A stretch of DNA of 64,000 nucleotides from assembly GCA_964418185.1 (NCBI GenBank), contig CAYQKL010000003.1, positions 173 to 64,172 of the forward strand, read 5' to 3'. The number at the start of each line of letters is the position of its first letter. Positions within the stretch are counted from its first letter, which is position 1. The stretch comes from an uncultured bacterium (lineage in GTDB: Bacteria; Hydrothermota; Tepidihabitantia; SM23-42; JAOAFX01). The notes under the pieces are model-generated. The model searched no databases, was not told the origin of the DNA, and saw nothing but the letters and a program-made list of their open reading frames with translations. A program made the position numbers and the translations under genes. Of the stretch, positions 59,693-64,000 are shown piece by piece.

Positions 59693-61762
59693 GTGCATAA
59701 AATTCTATGGTTCCTTTCTATAATTCCCTTTATGCTCTCGGCACGTGAATGGACTGTAATGGTATATATGGCTGCAGACAATTCATTGAGTGCGCTTGCT
59801 GATTCTGACCTCATTGAGATGAAGGCAATTGGTTCTAATGACAATCTTGCAATCTTTATCCAGGTTGACAGACCAGGTATTGGTGCAAATCGTTATTATG
59901 TAGGAAAAGATACACTATATAAAATTTCAGATATGGGGATCATTGATATGTGTGACTGGCGAACCCTCAGTGATTTTATTGAATCTGGTATCACATACTT
60001 TCCCGCAAGAAGATATTTTCTTATTCTCTGGGATCATGGCACAGGCTGGACCCTTTCACCAAGACGCACATTTGGCAGTGACTGGTCAAGCGGCACAGAA
60101 ATGAGTATTGCCAGTGGCGACCTTAATCGTGCATTGAAAAGTTCTTTTGATGCTACAGGAAAGAAATTGCATATCATCGGTTTTGATGCCTGCAATATGC
60201 AGCAGATTGAAGTCGCCAGTGAAATTGAGAATTATGCAATGGTTTGTATTGCCCCCCAGACAGTCTGGCCCATTAAAGGATATCCTTACGAAAATATTTT
60301 CTATACATTCAGAATCAATCCAGGGATTAACGAAAAAGACCTTGCAAAAAAAATTACCGAGATTTGTAAAGATTACTATTCAATAAGTCAGGCTTCAGCA
60401 ATTTCGGCAATCCATCTTGAAGATTTCAAAAATCTTGAAGAATTGTTAGAGAAAAACCTCAGCGAAATTATGCAAAATTACCCACAATCAGAGATTATTG
60501 ATTTAAGAAATCAGGTGCAGACGGTTTCACTGATAGACCCTGTGCCTGCACCTGAAGATGATTATGTAGACCTCGGTGATTTTCTGCGATTGCTGAATGA
60601 CCATCTTTCAACAAAAGATACAAAGGAACTTATAGATTCTTATAATAAAACAGTCCTCAAATCAGAATCCTGGGGAACCGGCCTAACAGGATTGACTGGC
60701 ATCACAACCTGGTTTCCAGACCGATATATTGAATTTAAAAATCTTGTGGATTATTATCTACAATTGGACTATGCCCAATCAAACTGGCAGACCTTTCTAA
60801 ACTGGTTCTATGACCAGGATGATATCAGACCAACCACATCACAAATCAATGTAGGCACTCCTGGTAAAGATAACGACTTCCATCTCTTCTGGACAAAATC
60901 CTTTGACCTTGCTTTAGTTCTTTATGACATCTTAGAATGCACCGACACACTTCTATTATTCCAGGATGGTTGTGAGGATTCGGCAAACTGGTTATTCAAT
61001 GGATTTTCCCTGGTTAAAAACATCGCATACCAGGGCAATGGTTCTTTCTTCTCAGGAAACAGCAGCAATCTACAAAATTCTTTAATCACAAAAAACAATT
61101 TCAAAATTGATAACCTTGGTCTGCTTGATTTCTATATCTATTACAATACTGAAGATATGGCAGACTCCCTGATAATTGAATATGATACTAAAAAATCTAT
61201 CTACTATGGCAGATCAGGCACCTGGCAACACTGCCGGATTATTTTACCATCAGGCAATGCCCCGTTGAAAATCTATTATCATACAAATACCAGTATAAAT
61301 AATGGTGGTGCATATATAGATGCGATAAAATTATACAATCTGATTTCAGGAAAATATGTCCGCAAAGGTTGTCCTGATACCACAATCTATGTGTTCAATA
61401 AATTGAGCGGGTTTTATAATTATGGCGTGTGTGCCCGGGATATCTATAACAACGAAAGCAATCTATCAAATTTTGTGAACATTGTTATAAGTAACCATGC
61501 AGTTCCTTATTCTATACCCAATCCATTCACTGAGACCTGTGAGATAATCCTTGACTATCCTGACGATATAAGTCCTGAAGTTTACATCTATTCAATCGGT
61601 GGCAGACTCGTAAGAAAATTCTCTTATTCAGCAATAAAGAACAAAAAAATCTTCTGGGATGGAAAGGATAATAACAACCAGCAGGTTGGTGCTGGTCTAT
61701 ATTTTGTTGTTGTTAAAGGCAAAAATTTTAACATAATTGGAAAGATAGCGAGGCAGAGATGA
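59693..61762 (+). CDS. Secreted clostripain-family (C11) cysteine peptidase with a T9SS C-terminal sorting domain
   Basis: Signal peptide. WTVMVYMAADNSL, catalytic His in LILWDHGTGW and Cys in IIGFDACNMQ. C-terminal CTD IYSIGGRLVRKF...WDGKDNNNQQVGAGLYFVVVKG. Confidence 0.7.
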   Translation: MHKILWFLSIIPFMLSAREWTVMVYMAADNSLSALADSDLIEMKAIGSNDNLAIFIQVDRPGIGANRYYVGKDTLYKISDMGIIDMCDWRTLSDFIESGITYFPARRYFLILWDHGTGWTLSPRRTFGSDWSSGTEMSIASGDLNRALKSSFDATGKKLHIIGFDACNMQQIEVASEIENYAMVCIAPQTVWPIKGYPYENIFYTFRINPGINEKDLAKKITEICKDYYSISQASAISAIHLEDFKNLEELLEKNLSEIMQNYPQSEIIDLRNQVQTVSLIDPVPAPEDDYVDLGDFLRLLNDHLSTKDTKELIDSYNKTVLKSESWGTGLTGLTGITTWFPDRYIEFKNLVDYYLQLDYAQSNWQTFLNWFYDQDDIRPTTSQINVGTPGKDNDFHLFWTKSFDLALVLYDILECTDTLLLFQDGCEDSANWLFNGFSLVKNIAYQGNGSFFSGNSSNLQNSLITKNNFKIDNLGLLDFYIYYNTEDMADSLIIEYDTKKSIYYGRSGTWQHCRIILPSGNAPLKIYYHTNTSINNGGAYIDAIKLYNLISGKYVRKGCPDTTIYVFNKLSGFYNYGVCARDIYNNESNLSNFVNIVISNHAVPYSIPNPFTETCEIILDYPDDISPEVYIYSIGGRLVRKFSYSAIKNKKIFWDGKDNNNQQVGAGLYFVVVKGKNFNIIGKIARQR

Positions 61763-62637
61763 AAAATCTTGTAATAATTGCAAATGGGGGTGCTGGTGGC
61801 ATAAATTTTCCCCACCGCCGTGCCCAGGGTTTAAAAAAGGCACTAAATATTGGCTATGAGATATTAAAAAATGGTGGTTCAAGTATTGATGCAGTTGAGC
61901 AAGCAATAATGGTCCTTGAGGATACTACAATCTTCAATGCCGGTACTGGCTCCACGCTCGGTCTGACCGGTGAGGTAGAGATGGATGCATCGATAATGAC
62001 TGCGGATGGAAATTATGGGGCAGTCGCTGCAATAAAGAATGTAAGATATCCAATTCAGATTGCACGATTAGTGATGGAAAAGACCGACCATCTCTTATTA
62101 TGTGGTGATGGCGCATTGAGATTTGCAAGGCTCTGTGGCATAAAATACCATAATCCCAAGACGAAAGAAAAGATCAGGATGTGGCAAATGGCAAGAAAAA
62201 GATTGAAGAATGATTACTTTCCAAAACTCTATAAGTTGAAAGAACTTTATGAGACTGTTGGTGTTGTAGCAATGGATAAAGATGGTTCCATAACTGCAGG
62301 GACTTCTACTGGTGGTATCTCACTCCATTTACCAGGCAGGGTTGGTGATACTCCCATCATCGGTGCAGGGACCTATGCGAACAAATACGGTGGTGTATCA
62401 ACCACAGGCCATGGTGAGTTGATTATGAAGACATTGCTTGCCTTCAGAACTGTAGCGTATATGGAAAGATACTCAGCACCGGTTGCGGGCAAGATGGCGA
62501 TAGACTATGCAACAAGGGCAAAATGCCGGTCTGGAATAATCGGTATTGACCGTGAGGGTAGAATATTATGTGTCAATAACACCGAGGCGATGTCCTGGTG
62601 CTACATAAAGAATGGCACTATGAAATCATTTTATTAA
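61759..62637 (+). CDS. Isoaspartyl peptidase / plant-type L-asparaginase (Ntn hydrolase)
   Basis: FNAGTGS. Autoproteolytic site and Thr nucleophile in DKDGSITAGTSTGG...TVGVVAMD. Confidence 0.8.
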   Translation: MKNLVIIANGGAGGINFPHRRAQGLKKALNIGYEILKNGGSSIDAVEQAIMVLEDTTIFNAGTGSTLGLTGEVEMDASIMTADGNYGAVAAIKNVRYPIQIARLVMEKTDHLLLCGDGALRFARLCGIKYHNPKTKEKIRMWQMARKRLKNDYFPKLYKLKELYETVGVVAMDKDGSITAGTSTGGISLHLPGRVGDTPIIGAGTYANKYGGVSTTGHGELIMKTLLAFRTVAYMERYSAPVAGKMAIDYATRAKCRSGIIGIDREGRILCVNNTEAMSWCYIKNGTMKSFY

Positions 62638-62844
62638 AACTTACTACGAAAATTTTTGTTACAGAAAATTTGTGCATTACCTGCTGAAAATTAATTTTTG
62701 TCAGTCTTGACACCTTACAAAATTCGGGTAGAATTACACTGGCAGAGGATAGTGTGAAGACAAATTCTAAATTCAAAATCCGAAACAATATCAAATATCT
62801 AATACCTCAAACCCAAAACATTTTGAAAATTGTGATTTTGAATT

Positions 62845-63012
62845 TATGATTTATTTAGGATTTAGATATTCGAATTTCGGATTTAATCAAATTACTGGTG
62901 CATATTATCCATTTGGTGAGATGATCACTGGCTCAGGTGATGTGCACGGGTTTACAGGAAAGGAACTTGATGAAACAGAATTGAATTATGCCGTTTTTTT
63001 CCTATTGTTATG
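62845..63012 (+). pseudogene. Decayed remnant of an Rhs/YD-repeat core C-terminus
   Basis: AYYPFGEMITGSGDVHGFTGKELDETELNY resembles the Rhs core end (...a.G....RFTGKELDEETGLYYFGARYYDP). The RYYDP part is recoverable only by shifting frame at a T7 run. No upstream Rhs body is present. Confidence 0.4.
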
Positions 63013-63179
63013 ACTACTAAAAAAATAAGGAAACGAAGAACCGCTCTCTGCGGGATTTATTTCATCGTTACTACGACCTGCAAATTTGTAAAATATATAT
63101 CATTTTAAGCATTTTGCCCCACCTCCACTTGTTGTGGACTTTTATTATAAAACATATATAATGTAATTAGAGGTGATTT

Positions 63180-63389
63180 ATGAAAAGTGTAACTGCTATA
63201 ATTCATAAGGGTGAAAAATTTTTCATTGGTGAATGTTTAGAAGTGGATATAATTACCCTGGGTAATACCATTGATGAAATTTTGTCAAATTTAAAAGAGG
63301 CGATTGCTTTGTATTTTGAAAATGAGGATATAGAAAAGCTGTCGTTGCCTAAAGAACCGGCAATAGCAGTTCCAATTGTTGTTGAATAA
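63180..63389 (+). CDS. hicB: HicB-family antitoxin (RNase H-like fold, UPF0150)
   Basis: AIIHKGEKFFIGECLEVDIITLGNTIDEILSNLKEAIALYFE matches the HicB N-terminal-domain pattern (...G.Y.a.vPdlpGc.t.GdT.eEal.n.kEAi.lyle). Confidence 0.65.
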   Translation: MKSVTAIIHKGEKFFIGECLEVDIITLGNTIDEILSNLKEAIALYFENEDIEKLSLPKEPAIAVPIVVE

Positions 63390-63392
63390 TCA

Positions 63393-63592
63393 ATGCCTGA
63401 ATTACCAATTGTTTCTTAAAGGAAATTGGCTATGAAATAGTTAGCCAAAAGGGTAGTCATGTTAAGTTGCGTAAATTCTATCGTGAAGATAAACATATAA
63501 TTGTCGTCCCTTTACATAAAGAATTAGACCGTGACCTTAATGAGTATTATAAGAAGGGTAAGAGTATACTTTCCACAGAACGAATTTCTTAA
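63393..63592 (+). pseudogene. hicA: HicA-family mRNA-interferase toxin, frameshifted after codon 8
   Basis: MPELPIVS* in one frame (cf. HicA N-terminus MPKLPvvSG), then ...FLKEIGYEIVSQKGSHVKLRKF...HIIVVPLHKELDRD in the -1 frame (HicA core GfelvRqkGSH). The break is at the TTT/AAA runs around 63414-63420. Confidence 0.55.
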
Positions 63593-64000
63593 GATATTAA
63601 AAGAAAAATAAAATCCTAAAAGAAATATATGACAAAGAATCACTCTAACTTTCCACTTTCTACTTATTAAGGTTGCTTCTGCCAGCGTGACATTGAAATA
63701 CTCTTAATGATTGGGTTATTTCTAATTGCAATGTTTCTTGGAGTAAAATTACATTATTGGCATCAGAAAAATCCGCTTTTGGTTAATATTTAGATTTATC
63801 TTTTTTGTTTGATTATTGCTATTGCGGGATTATTGATTGCCATTTTAGGGATAGCAAATGTTTTCCGTAAAAGAAATAATAAACCAAATGAAAAGAAAAT
63901 ATGAAAACCGTGCGAATTAGTGATGAAATCCTTTTATCCATTTGAGTTCGAAAAATATCTCATCTTGAATATCATAATAATAGTAGGTATCGTAATTCGG

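Noticed and set aside
59487-59700. Lysine (L-box) riboswitch upstream of lysA
   Set aside because: The conserved L-box segments (AGAGGNGC, GGGGAGC, and the kink-turn elements) are absent on the minus strand. The structure is better explained as a simple terminator/antiterminator attenuator.

Overview
This is a low-GC (~38%) chromosomal window from a Gram-negative bacterium, probably a member of the FCB superphylum. The lineage inference rests on two proteins with T9SS C-terminal sorting domains, a tricorn protease homolog, sigma-54, and canonical sigma-70 promoters (TTGACA-N16-TATAAT) with AAGGAGG Shine-Dalgarno sites. The window is mostly housekeeping and metabolism. It carries a 5'-truncated Zn-dependent alcohol dehydrogenase (ADH); a cyclase-NTPase-TPR signalling protein; a pal-cpoB-tolQRAB cluster; and a tRNA-Lys followed by a thioredoxin/DsbD-like + anchor + CPBP-protease operon. 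A Pho module (RNase J-like MBL, PhoB/PhoR-like two-component system, then porin-pstSCAB-phoU) is preceded by a candidate Pho box. There is an L-rhamnose utilisation cluster (GH106-like hydrolase, a xylA/xylB-like pair, rhaD-rhaB-rhaA, phosphohexomutase). Also present are folK, a deoxynucleoside kinase (dNK), panB, queF, a long GreA-domain protein, tRNA-Glu, rpoN, tricorn protease, asnA, capA, and nrdR-nrdD with candidate NrdR boxes. Further on come lspA, dksA/traR and a lysA-lysC-ddh operon with an attenuator-like leader. The window ends with a secreted C11 protease carrying a T9SS tail, an isoaspartyl peptidase, and a decayed islet made of an Rhs core remnant plus HicB/HicA. Several accessory genes look damaged. 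A secreted amidase-FN3-BNR-T9SS protein is split by two in-frame stop codons. A DUF4143 AAA ATPase is frameshifted at an A6 tract and sits in AT-rich DNA beside a three-copy ~100-150 bp repeat family. HicA is frameshifted after codon 8. No CRISPR array, rRNA, intact transposase or complete defence system was recognised. The most notable structures are the interrupted T9SS cargo gene, the repeat family, the Pho-box-like TTAACA x4 array, the lysA leader attenuator and the Rhs/HicAB remnant.
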